DNA from: Opitutaceae bacterium
Lineage (GTDB): Bacteria > Verrucomicrobiota > Verrucomicrobiia > Opitutales > Opitutaceae
Direction of reading: 5' to 3'
Assembly: GCA_025360455.1 (NCBI GenBank)
Contig: JANYCF010000328.1
Span: 4,451 to 68,450, forward strand
DNA: 64,000 nt
Under the pieces are notes generated by a model. The model was not told the origin of the DNA. It ran no database searches and worked only from the letters and a program-made list of their open reading frames with translations. Positions 10,001 to 17,883 of this stretch are shown one piece after another. Each line of letters starts with the position of its first letter. The first letter of the stretch is position 1. The translations under genes and the position numbers were made by a program.

Positions 10001-10210
10001 CGACCCGAACATGCCGTTGTTTATGATTTTAAAACGGACCGATTCGCTGAGGATCAGTTGGTGGCGATGGTTGCGCGCCATGAGAGGCAGCTTACACTCT
10101 ATCGCCGAGTCGTAGCTGTGCTGACGGGATTGAACTTGAGTTCAGTCGCGGGGGAGTTGGTTTTTACAAGGTACCGTCGCGGTGTGCCGGCACCCATGCT
10201 CATAGTATAA
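7028..10210 (+). CDS. addA: AddA/UvrD-like helicase-nuclease
   Basis: ASAGSGKT (Walker A), LTFTRKAA, LLDEFQDTS, VGDVKQAIFGWRGG, MTIHKSKGLGFD, LLYVAMTRAK and C-terminal GVFDRV...YDFKTD. Confidence 0.92.
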   Translation: MSESRHIMILASAGSGKTYALTGRFIQLLAQGAHPERIVALTFTRKAAGEFFDEILMKLAEAAGSEARAKLLAKEIGRSELGRTEFLRMLREVTEAMPRLRLGTLDSFFARIARAFALELGLTGDFEILQEYAARLERRRVLQRMFARAGELGEAQKEFIEAFKRATFGREAKRLGAQLDEFIDKYQEFFLAVPEGERWGNPELIWPQGNLWLEGKVDVPLAVQTLRTWLGETVLGDKQRARWEAFLAALREWSPGVTLPGALEYVVKKVLVAWDDIQAGRAVLEFDRKKQELSASACVALRDCARQVIGGELARRLETTRGIHAVLRGYENFYHEAVRRAGKLTFGDVQRLLAPGAGAPLLTGENDSMDRLFIDYRLDAEIDHWLLDEFQDTSFGQWSVLKNLIDEAVQDEAGVRSFFCVGDVKQAIFGWRGGDPRLFREIFNYYNEAAPKNIAEKHLVESWRSGPALIEMVNAVFGAAAVFDELFPGEISANWNREWRRHTTAVPERTGQAAWLYAEDTAARWALALELLREIRPLERGLSCAILVQSNETAAELSDFLRREGGLPAVAEADLRVCTDNPLGSSLLALVRAAAHPGDTLAKEHLLMTPFGVVLKDEGLTTAEMLTGRVLGQIHAEGFERTMERWAAKLESRLAADDEFSRMRARQFVAASRQFDETGSREVAEFVAFMERHTVRESEGAAVVRVMTIHKSKGLGFDVVLLPDLEGKKLNQAREGFAVQQSQERTVEWVLDLPPKIFCEADAVLSGHLREAEAEAGYEALSLLYVAMTRAKRAMYVITSPAGDSESRNYRCILTETLGNTVTEVKVGSLKLSGGWGAGDADWYLKLAEIKSPVRAVAGILRLREVDLRPARLIARRPSSENKGMKSASLLFSLEATGGAEFGSAVHELFSEVEWNGADLAGEWQKRGLSSGVLQEVTDCLRARELAGVWMRPEEVERVELWRERAFEVVLDNEWVTGVFDRVVIFCDADGRPEHAVVYDFKTDRFAEDQLVAMVARHERQLTLYRRVVAVLTGLNLSSVAGELVFTRYRRGVPAPMLIV

Positions 10211-10221
10211 TAAATTCGGGC

Positions 10222-10254
10222 TTTACACTGTCGCATCGGTCTCGCAAGTTGACC
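10222..10254 (+). promoter_or_regulatory. Putative promoter of the bS22-like gene
   Basis: TTTACA-N17-CAAGTT-GACC; same CTGT-N13-CAAKTTGACC architecture as the motifs at 30317 and 32271. Confidence 0.5.
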
Positions 10255-10275
10255 GGCTAAACACTAACTTTACCC

Positions 10276-10377
10276 ATGGGAAATTTGAAGAAGAAACGAC
10301 GTCTCAAGATGTCGAAGCACAAACGCCGGAAGCGCCTTAAAGCGAACCGCCACAAGAAACGTACTTGGCAAAAATAA
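10276..10377 (+). CDS. 33-aa basic protein, bS22/mS38 (AURKAIP1/COX24 domain)-like small ribosomal protein; below the ORF-track cutoff
   Basis: [33 protein letters not shown]; matches the family pattern K-K-R-x-x-x-M-S-K-x-K-x-R-K-x-L. Has its own promoter-like site and terminator. Confidence 0.88.
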   Translation: MGNLKKKRRLKMSKHKRRKRLKANRHKKRTWQK

Positions 10378-10411
10378 ACGTATTCCAGTCATTGGATGCC
10401 GCCCTACTCTC

Positions 10412-10440
10412 AAACCCGCCTTTCATCAGGCGGGTTTTTT
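10412..10440 (+). terminator. Intrinsic terminator after the bS22-like gene
   Basis: AAACCCGCCT-ttcatc-AGGCGGGTTT followed by a T-run. Confidence 0.9.
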
Positions 10441-10650
10441 TGCTATGCATTTGCAATGTAAAATATTTAGAAAGGCTTGTGGCCAAAGGGCGTCGGTGAT
10501 TATTTAACTTGTCAGCTGTTGGGGGACAACGTATTCAAATTTACGCGATTAATTCGTTCTTAGATCACCCCTCTAGAATCTTAGGATTAAATTATCCCCC
10601 TAAATTGCCGATAGTTGCCCCACACAACGCTTACCACGACTAATATTAGC

Positions 10651-11691
10651 ATGTCTCTATTCTCGAGCAAAACTAAGGGCTATTGTATCGAATTTGGTGA
10701 ACAATCCATTTTATTGGCAAGAGTTTCACGATCCGAGTCACCTCTGGTGATCGAGGAAGTTAAAGAATTTCCCGTCAGCGACATCACCGCTTTAAAAGAA
10801 TACCTGAAGTCAGCGCCAGGGAAGGGGCCCACAAAACTGATCCATGCCAAATGCGGTATTTTCCCTGCCAAACGAGTGGTACGTCGTCACACGCTGGATT
10901 TGAAGCGGATTAAGGAACCGGCTTATTTCAACGAAATATACACTCAGCAGTTTCGCGTTGATCCTGAAAAATATACGATCACGGTGCTGAATTCCGCCGA
11001 CGGCAGTGAGTTTGACGATTCAAAGACCAATCAGAAAGAAGTGGTTTTTTGTGGATTCCCGAGTGAAGAGATCGATAGCATGCAGGACTCGCTCTTGGCT
11101 ATGGGCATCTATCCTGAACGATTAGAACTTTCGTCTGTATCCACTTTAGGTGCTTTGATCAGTTATCTGAAGTTCAAACAAAGCAAAACGCCCTTACTTT
11201 TACTCGAGTTTGGTGCCGATACTACCCAAAGTTACATTTTGTCTGCCGATGGCGTGGAGATTTCCCGGCCCATCCAAAGCGGCATTTCGGCCATGATCCC
11301 GGTGGTGCAAAAGGAATTGGGCCTGAAGGATGAGGAATCTGCCAAGAAACTGTTCTTTTCCAATACTTTTGATTTCACGAGCATGGGTTTGTCATTAACT
11401 AAGAAGCTTTTAAAAGAACTGCAATCTTCGATTGGCTTTTATGAGGTGCAAACCGGCCAGTCGATTGGTGGCGTGCTTTGTACTCAATTACCACAACCCT
11501 TGGCTTGGTTGAGCACCACTATGACCGGTGCTTTGGGAGTGAGTAGTTTCAACGTCGAAATGACACCTTGGCTCGAGTCGACCGGTATCCGTTTCGCAGA
11601 TGGGGCATGTCCGACACCGCTGAACGAACGTTGGTTGGGACTCACTGCATTAATAGCTTCATACGACCATGTCATTGTTCAAAAAAAGTGA
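10651..11691 (+). CDS. pilM: Type IV pilus assembly protein PilM-like (actin-like fold)
   Basis: First gene of an M-N-O-P-Q-type operon; IEFGEQS and LEFGADTT actin-like motifs; LLKELQSSIGFYEVQTG (PilM EIxRSxxFF-like). Confidence 0.8.
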   Translation: MSLFSSKTKGYCIEFGEQSILLARVSRSESPLVIEEVKEFPVSDITALKEYLKSAPGKGPTKLIHAKCGIFPAKRVVRRHTLDLKRIKEPAYFNEIYTQQFRVDPEKYTITVLNSADGSEFDDSKTNQKEVVFCGFPSEEIDSMQDSLLAMGIYPERLELSSVSTLGALISYLKFKQSKTPLLLLEFGADTTQSYILSADGVEISRPIQSGISAMIPVVQKELGLKDEESAKKLFFSNTFDFTSMGLSLTKKLLKELQSSIGFYEVQTGQSIGGVLCTQLPQPLAWLSTTMTGALGVSSFNVEMTPWLESTGIRFADGACPTPLNERWLGLTALIASYDHVIVQKK

Positions 11692-12307
11692 CGCCCGCTT
11701 GACTTCGGAGCCACTCTGGCATCCCAATTTCCGCAACTTTGAACGGTTGCCGGACACCAAGGTGGTGCGTACGACCTTCTTTATTAATGTAACTGCAATC
11801 ACCGTTACCGTACTTTTGGTAGTTATTATGGGGTGGGGTGAGTATCGGATATTGGATTTGAAGTCACAAAATAACGAGGCCCAAGCCGCGATTGCGAAAA
11901 ATACGAAAGAAAATACTGAGGCAATCAGGCTTTCTAAAATATTTGACACTGAAGCAAAGAAGTTTTCCGAAGCCAGCGCCTTTACTCAAAGAACGCTGTC
12001 CCCTTCTGCTCTTATCTTTATGCTAGGGAAAACGCTGCCCAAAGAGGTGCAAATCGAGTCGGTGGACTTGCGTTTTTCTGGAGCAAGTGGCGACCAATGT
12101 GTTTTACGTGGGGTGGTGGCGGGCAGCAAGGATGCGGCGAGTGGATCAGCCGATAAGTATGTCCAGAGTTTACGCGCCTCTCCTCTATTTACGGCCAAGT
12201 TCGAGTCGATAAATATGCCTTCAATTAACCCTGATCCTGCTGGGGGATTCCTACGCTTCGAGATCGTTCTAAAATACAAACAAGCAGGGAAGGAAACAAA
12301 GCCATGA
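11669..12307 (+). CDS. pilN: PilN-like alignment protein
   Basis: N-terminal WHPNFRNFERLP (PilM-binding INLLP-like), a single TM, a coiled coil and a ferredoxin-like C-terminus. Confidence 0.7.
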   Translation: MSLFKKSDARLTSEPLWHPNFRNFERLPDTKVVRTTFFINVTAITVTVLLVVIMGWGEYRILDLKSQNNEAQAAIAKNTKENTEAIRLSKIFDTEAKKFSEASAFTQRTLSPSALIFMLGKTLPKEVQIESVDLRFSGASGDQCVLRGVVAGSKDAASGSADKYVQSLRASPLFTAKFESINMPSINPDPAGGFLRFEIVLKYKQAGKETKP

Positions 12308-12858
12308 CTGGTGCCGAATTTATCAGCCTCTTAAAAAAGCATCCAATTGGAGTGTTTTGCGGTATCATTTCACTCTTTTGCGGAGTCGAGCTTTACCTTC
12401 GTTCTGATGTTTTGGATGAAACCAAGCTGATGGTTGAGGCTGCAATCAAGCAAAGAGACGCGATGATCAGTAATGTGCGCAATTCCACTGGGCTGGCCCA
12501 GCAGGTTGATGCGCTGCAGCAAGCGACCAAGCAATTAGAGAGCAGGTTGGTAAAGGCCAATCAGCTTGCGACCAATCTGCAATATTTTTACCGCTTGGAG
12601 AGTGATACTGGGGTGAAGTTAACTGACGTTCGTCAAAATCAAGTGGGGCGTGCTAATGCCGGTTTGTATATAGGAATTCCGTATACTGTGTCTTACCAAG
12701 GTACGCACAAGCAGGCGCTCGAATTTCTCCAGAGAGTGGAAAGCGGTAAGTATTTCTCCAAATTCAGCTCAATTTCTTTTAATAAAGCCGCCGGGTCCGA
12801 ATCCACCAGCGGGATTTTGAGTGTCACTATGAACATAGAATTACTTGGCTCTCCATGA
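12304..12858 (+). CDS. pilO: PilO-like alignment protein
   Basis: N-terminal TM, coiled coil and IPYTVSYQGTHKQALEFLQRVE (PilO/GspM-like); ATGA overlaps on both sides. Confidence 0.7.
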   Translation: MTGAEFISLLKKHPIGVFCGIISLFCGVELYLRSDVLDETKLMVEAAIKQRDAMISNVRNSTGLAQQVDALQQATKQLESRLVKANQLATNLQYFYRLESDTGVKLTDVRQNQVGRANAGLYIGIPYTVSYQGTHKQALEFLQRVESGKYFSKFSSISFNKAAGSESTSGILSVTMNIELLGSP

Positions 12859-13331
12859 AATCTCAAATCAGCCGTTTTTTTTTAGTTCTATGCGGTGTAT
12901 CAGTCACACATGCTCTGTACGCGCAAATCGTATCCAAGCCAGATTCGCGCCAAAGTGTACTCGCGATGGCTGATACCGCGCTGGCAATCAAGCCGCCGTT
13001 AGTGCCAGTTGAGGCAATCGACCCTTTTAATTCTCCTGCTTTTAGTGAGGCGATGGGGTTGACTCGACCGACGGCGAGCGAGGTACGTGTTGTTGGACCG
13101 CGGGGTGATCGCGAGGTGCTTACCGGCATCGCCGCTGGACTTAAACCCTCCGGGAATTTTATTATCGGTGGCCAGCAAACATTGATTTTCGGTCAAAAGC
13201 GCGTGAAAGCAGGCATGCCTATGACGATTAACTTTGAAGGCACTGAATACACTATTGAAATCACGGCCATCGAACGAACCAGTTTTACCCTCCGTCTTAA
13301 TCGCGAGGAAATAACCCGACCCATCAAATGA
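12855..13331 (+). CDS. PilP-position periplasmic protein
   Basis: Signal peptide, DPF motif and a beta-rich C-terminus; lies between pilO and the secretin; no clear lipobox. Confidence 0.55.
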   Translation: MKSQISRFFLVLCGVSVTHALYAQIVSKPDSRQSVLAMADTALAIKPPLVPVEAIDPFNSPAFSEAMGLTRPTASEVRVVGPRGDREVLTGIAAGLKPSGNFIIGGQQTLIFGQKRVKAGMPMTINFEGTEYTIEITAIERTSFTLRLNREEITRPIK

Positions 13332-15070
13332 GGAACCCCATTATGAGCACACGCCTACTCCTGTCCGCGCTGGCCGCCTTGACCTTGACCTCACTTGGTC
13401 GGGCTCAGTCGTCAACGCCTCCGGTGGTTGACCCCACCCACGCCACTGCACCTGCAGCAGCGATTACCCCTGCGGCCGTTAATCGTGAGAAAGAGACTCT
13501 TTCCGTCGATTTTCCCGATGAAGATATTAGAACGATTTTGCGTAATGTGGCGGACCTGTTCGAATTGAATCTCGTGGTGCCCGATACACTCGTGGGCAAG
13601 ACATCCATCAAGCTCCGTGATGTCTCTTGGCGGCAGATTTTCTCTGTGGTCTTGGCGCCGGTGAATTTCACCTATGTGGAAGATGGCAATATCATTAAAA
13701 TCGTCAGTAATGATTCCTTACAGCAGGAGCCAACTTCTACCGATGTCTTTATTTTAAATTATGCCAAGGCTGCTGATATCAAACCGACGGTTGATGGTTT
13801 GGTGGATGCAGCGGCGGGAGGTAAAATTTTGGTGGATGCGCGCAGCAATGCCCTGGTGGTGACGGAGCGTCCCTCTCGTATGAGTCGGGTTCGTAGTATT
13901 ATCGAGCAACTTGATAAAGCCACTGATCAAGTCATGATTGAATCCAAATTCATTGAAGTGACTGATCGTGATATTCGTAACGTCGGCGTGAATTGGTCAG
14001 GGCTCCAAGGGCTGAAGCTCGGTGTTAGTGGGGCCAATCAAAGCTTCTCACGCACTCGAGGAAATGCATTTAGCGATGGAACGACGAATAGTAATGGTAC
14101 CACGGGTGGGAATACGGTGACGTATCTTACTGATCCCAATAGTGCCCCTTCTTACGATACCCCAAATGCAACGACTGGGCTGCCAACTGGTGGTGTTCCG
14201 AGGGGGGGAATCGTCTCAGGATTGCCTGCAACACTTCCCGCAGGGTCTTACTCGGCGAATTACAAGCCAGCAACGGCCACTGCACCAGCTTCATGGACTG
14301 CTTTGAATACCTATCTTGGGGGGGATACCAATGTTTTGAATTCCCTATCCAGCCTAGCCGGTACTGGCGGGACCTCGCGTGTGGCCTCTGCGGTGTTTTC
14401 CGCGTCGGAATTTAGTGTCGTCCTCTCTGCCTTGAAATCACTGAATTCAATTAAGGTCGTCTCGAATCCGACAGTGGTGACTTTAAATAATACCGAGGCC
14501 ACTTTAAATGTGGGTGAGGAATTTCCGATACCGAAATATACCTATAACTCTACAACGGGAAGTTTCGAGGTTTCAGGATTCGATTATAAATCCATCGGTG
14601 TTAACCTCAAGGTCACGCCCCAGGTGAATTCACGGGGCACGATTAAAATGGCTATTGAACCTGAGGTCAGTATTCGCAATGGAGCCTCAAGTTTCGGTGT
14701 AGCAGTGATTCCGATTATCGCTTCCCGTAAGGTAAAGACCCAGATATCGCTGCAGAGTGGTTATACCGCCGGTATTGGTGGTTTGATTACAGCGAATAAA
14801 AACAATGGATCGACGAAAGTTCCTGTGCTCGGCGATATTCCGGGGTTGGGACGGCTTTTCTCCTCCAAGAGCAAGGATGAGACCACGACAAATCTGCTGA
14901 TCTTTATCACCGCCAGTACAGTGGGTGCGGATGGAGCTTCTCCAGAATTGATGTTTGATCCACGTGCTGTTCAGGCAGCTGGCGTTACTCGCGACGAATT
15001 GCCTGGTCAGCGTGTTCAAAAAGGTGGAGATCTCTTTGCTCAACCTGCATCTGCTGCTCAGGGTAAATAA
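13328..15070 (+). CDS. pilQ: Secretin (PilQ/GspD family)
   Basis: LSVDFPDEDIRTILRNVA (STN/N0), DARSNALVV (N domain), QVMIESKFIEV, VVSNPTVVTLNNTEATLNVGEEFP and VPVLGDIPGLGRLFS (secretin signature). Confidence 0.93.
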   Translation: MRNPIMSTRLLLSALAALTLTSLGRAQSSTPPVVDPTHATAPAAAITPAAVNREKETLSVDFPDEDIRTILRNVADLFELNLVVPDTLVGKTSIKLRDVSWRQIFSVVLAPVNFTYVEDGNIIKIVSNDSLQQEPTSTDVFILNYAKAADIKPTVDGLVDAAAGGKILVDARSNALVVTERPSRMSRVRSIIEQLDKATDQVMIESKFIEVTDRDIRNVGVNWSGLQGLKLGVSGANQSFSRTRGNAFSDGTTNSNGTTGGNTVTYLTDPNSAPSYDTPNATTGLPTGGVPRGGIVSGLPATLPAGSYSANYKPATATAPASWTALNTYLGGDTNVLNSLSSLAGTGGTSRVASAVFSASEFSVVLSALKSLNSIKVVSNPTVVTLNNTEATLNVGEEFPIPKYTYNSTTGSFEVSGFDYKSIGVNLKVTPQVNSRGTIKMAIEPEVSIRNGASSFGVAVIPIIASRKVKTQISLQSGYTAGIGGLITANKNNGSTKVPVLGDIPGLGRLFSSKSKDETTTNLLIFITASTVGADGASPELMFDPRAVQAAGVTRDELPGQRVQKGGDLFAQPASAAQGK

Positions 15071-15098
15071 TCGACTGTAACAATTCTTATTTCACCAG

Positions 15099-15127
15099 GC
15101 GCGTCTGCTTTCAGGCGCGCTTTTTTA
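15099..15127 (+). terminator. Intrinsic terminator after the secretin
   Basis: GCGCGTCTG-cttt-CAGGCGCGC followed by TTTTTT. Confidence 0.85.
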
Positions 15128-15203
15128 TTTCATTAAACTATGCGCTTGCGATTCTTCGCTCTTAATTTTGTTAGCAATTCGTGATCCGTTGTCTAAATTC
15201 AAT

Positions 15204-16250
15204 ATGATGCCTGCATCATCAGCAAATTCCGCCGCTGCCTCCGATTTCTCGCATGATTTGCCTGCTGTATTTCGACAGGTTGGCCCTCAAATGGCAGCAC
15301 TCGATGTTTTTATGGCGGGGCAGGTGGCCTGCTTTGAACCAGAGATTCAGTCGATGGCCAAGTATTGCCTGGAAAGCACCGGGAAACGTCTTCGGCCTAC
15401 CTTGGTTTTTATCAGTGGCTGGCAGGGTGGGGATGTCGTGAGTGCTGACTTGGTTCGGGTTGCGGGAGTCGTTGAAATGGTCCATCTCGCGACCTTGGTT
15501 CACGATGATATCATGGATCGGGCCGAGATTCGTCGCAATCGCCGCACTGCGGCACGGGAATTCGGCCCCAATGCGGCAGTATTACTCGGCGATGCGCTTT
15601 TTTGTCAGGCGCTCCATGTGGCTTCTTTGTTTTCTACCAACGAAGTGTGCCGCTTGGTCTCGGAATCAACGCGCAAAGTATGTTCAGGGGAAATCATGCA
15701 GACCTTGCGTCGGCGCGGCAGCCGTCTCGCCTTGAGCGATTATTACCGGGTGATCGATCTGAAAACCGCTGAGCTTTTTCGAGTTTCCTGTCGGTTGGGA
15801 GCGCTAATGGCAGGGAATTCAGCTGAGTTTATCCAGGCGGCAAATGACTTTGGCCGGCATCTTGGCATTGCCTACCAAATTTATGACGATTTGGTCGACT
15901 TTCTTGGGGAGGAAAAACAAATCGGCAAAACGCTCGGTACGGATCTGGCCACCGGGAAACTCACTTTACCGCTCATGCTGTTGTTGGAGAAACTTCCTCC
16001 CCAAGAGAGCGAGGCGGTGTTAGCGGCCTTGCAAGAAGGACGTCCGCTGCCATTTGCCTCCAGTGTCGAACGCATGCGTGAACTCGGCATAGCCACAGGA
16101 GTTGTCCGCGCTATCGAGGCTGAAATGGTCTTGGCCAAACGGGCCTTGGCGTCACACGGGAGTTGCTTAGCGGTGCCACTGATGGTCCAGCTTTGCGATG
16201 TACTCGCGGCACAAGTTCAATCACTGCATGTCAGATCGCTCGCCGAGTAA
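15204..16250 (+). CDS. Polyprenyl diphosphate synthase (IspB/HepT family)
   Basis: GKRLRP, LVHDDIMD (FARM), RRNR, KTAELF and YQIYDDLVD (SARM). Confidence 0.93.
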   Translation: MMPASSANSAAASDFSHDLPAVFRQVGPQMAALDVFMAGQVACFEPEIQSMAKYCLESTGKRLRPTLVFISGWQGGDVVSADLVRVAGVVEMVHLATLVHDDIMDRAEIRRNRRTAAREFGPNAAVLLGDALFCQALHVASLFSTNEVCRLVSESTRKVCSGEIMQTLRRRGSRLALSDYYRVIDLKTAELFRVSCRLGALMAGNSAEFIQAANDFGRHLGIAYQIYDDLVDFLGEEKQIGKTLGTDLATGKLTLPLMLLLEKLPPQESEAVLAALQEGRPLPFASSVERMRELGIATGVVRAIEAEMVLAKRALASHGSCLAVPLMVQLCDVLAAQVQSLHVRSLAE

Positions 16251-16298
16251 TATTCATTTGCGCCTCGGTGGACTGTTGTTTCTGTTCCCTCTTATCTA

Positions 16299-16928
16299 AT
16301 GAACCTTACCAAGGTTTTCAGCCGGTCAATTGCCACCTCTCCTGAGCGCCAACAGGAGGCGGATGCTGATTATACAATTGTGCAGCGAGTGCAGGCTGGG
16401 GACGTGGCGGCTTTCGATCTGTTGATGCTTAAATACCGGGAGAGGGTCTTTGGTGTGGTCTACAATCTTACCTCGAATCGGGAAGATACTGCCGATCTGA
16501 CTCAGGACGCATTCATTAAGGCGTTTCAGGCCATCAACCGGTTTAATGGCCAGTCATCTTTCTTTACCTGGCTCTACAAGATCGCGGTCTATACGACACT
16601 TACTCATTTGCGGCGCAATCGCTTGCGTAATTTCTTTAGCTTGGAAAAACTCAATGAAGAAGAGGCGGGGTCTAAAATTCTCGAGCAAGTGGCCGATAAA
16701 AATACGGCAGACAAGGATACTTACCTACACGAACTTCAGGAAAAATTGAACGAAGCGATGCAAAAATTGTCTATCAGGCATCGAACAGTGATAACTTTAT
16801 ACGAAATCGATGGGCTCAGCCACACCGAGATTGCCCAAATTATGGACTGCTCCGAAGGGACCGTGCGCTCCCGTCTGCATTACGCAAAACAGTTTCTCCA
16901 AGGTGAATTAAACCAATATCTTCGTTAA
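16299..16928 (+). CDS. ECF RNA polymerase sigma factor (RpoE/SigW-like)
   Basis: DTADLTQDAFIKAF, FFTWLYKIA and LYEIDGLSHTEIAQIMDCSEGTVRSRLHYAK. Confidence 0.95.
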   Translation: MNLTKVFSRSIATSPERQQEADADYTIVQRVQAGDVAAFDLLMLKYRERVFGVVYNLTSNREDTADLTQDAFIKAFQAINRFNGQSSFFTWLYKIAVYTTLTHLRRNRLRNFFSLEKLNEEEAGSKILEQVADKNTADKDTYLHELQEKLNEAMQKLSIRHRTVITLYEIDGLSHTEIAQIMDCSEGTVRSRLHYAKQFLQGELNQYLR

Positions 16929-16931
16929 CCT

Positions 16932-17765
16932 ATGCCTGACTCACCGCACCGCTCGCCGTTGACCCTCGAAGATTTGCTCCGCCTCAAGCGCGCGGAGCGC
17001 CCCTCTTCTGATTTCTGGGTGCGCTTTGAGAGTGAGCTTCGTCAAAAGCAGCTCGCCGCGTTACTTGAACGTCGTCCTTGGTGGCAAAACCTATCCCAAT
17101 TGCTGGTGCAACGTCGGGCCTTCGTTCCGCTCGGGGCCACGGCCATCCTTGCCTTCACCTTGGTTACTGTCCGGTTTTATTCTCCAGTGGTGACTACGCA
17201 GGCGACTCCAGTAAATTCAGCGCAAAATATTATTGCTGAAGCAATCGTTTCAGCTCCGGTTTCCAGTTCAGCCCTCACGCAACCAGCGACAATTAGTAAT
17301 CCCGAATTCGCTGCCGGCGTTGATCAGTTTGATCGCAATGCCGTTGTTGCGGTCGTGGCTCTTTCTGATCAGTTGCCCGAACGGGCTGCCGATCTCACGC
17401 CGTGGAGTGCCTCGCTTCCCGTTCAATCGGCCTCTGCCAAATTTCTTGCTGCGAATAGTGTCCAACCCGTTCGTTCTTCGCCTGACTTGAATCAGGCTGT
17501 ATTAAACAATCCCTTGCCCTTGGCGGCCAGCCGGCTGCAACGTTCAAGCGGCGCGATCGCAGAGCTCGCTTCCGTTTCGGCCATGACTTCCAAACGCACG
17601 CGCTTGATGGCTCAATACACGGATCGCCAATTCACGCCCGAGTCTCAGGCTCCGGCGATTGTGCGTGAGCGCATTACCCGTCATCTGGCCTATGCGGACA
17701 CGAGCAATATCGAACGCTTCACTCGCCTAGGCCTCAAGGGCGATCAGGTGTCATTACGTTTCTAA
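16932..17765 (+). CDS. Putative membrane-anchored anti-sigma factor
   Basis: Starts 3 nt after the ECF; N-terminal helical LEDLLRLKRAERP..FW..FE..L region, one TM (PLGATAILAFTLVTV) and a low-complexity S/A/P/V extracytoplasmic tail. Confidence 0.65.
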   Translation: MPDSPHRSPLTLEDLLRLKRAERPSSDFWVRFESELRQKQLAALLERRPWWQNLSQLLVQRRAFVPLGATAILAFTLVTVRFYSPVVTTQATPVNSAQNIIAEAIVSAPVSSSALTQPATISNPEFAAGVDQFDRNAVVAVVALSDQLPERAADLTPWSASLPVQSASAKFLAANSVQPVRSSPDLNQAVLNNPLPLAASRLQRSSGAIAELASVSAMTSKRTRLMAQYTDRQFTPESQAPAIVRERITRHLAYADTSNIERFTRLGLKGDQVSLRF

Positions 17766-17793
17766 ACCTGCAACTTGCAGTGTCACTTCCCTC

Positions 17794-17820
17794 GGCCCGC
17801 CAAATTCGGTGGGCCTTTTT
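17794..17820 (+). terminator. Intrinsic terminator between convergent genes
   Basis: GGCCCGCC-aaattc-GGTGGGCC followed by TTTTT. Confidence 0.8.
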
Positions 17821-17883
17821 GTTTATCCTGGATTCCGCTGGTGATCGAAGCAAACCCTCGCGCGATATTTTTGGAGGCGTTCT

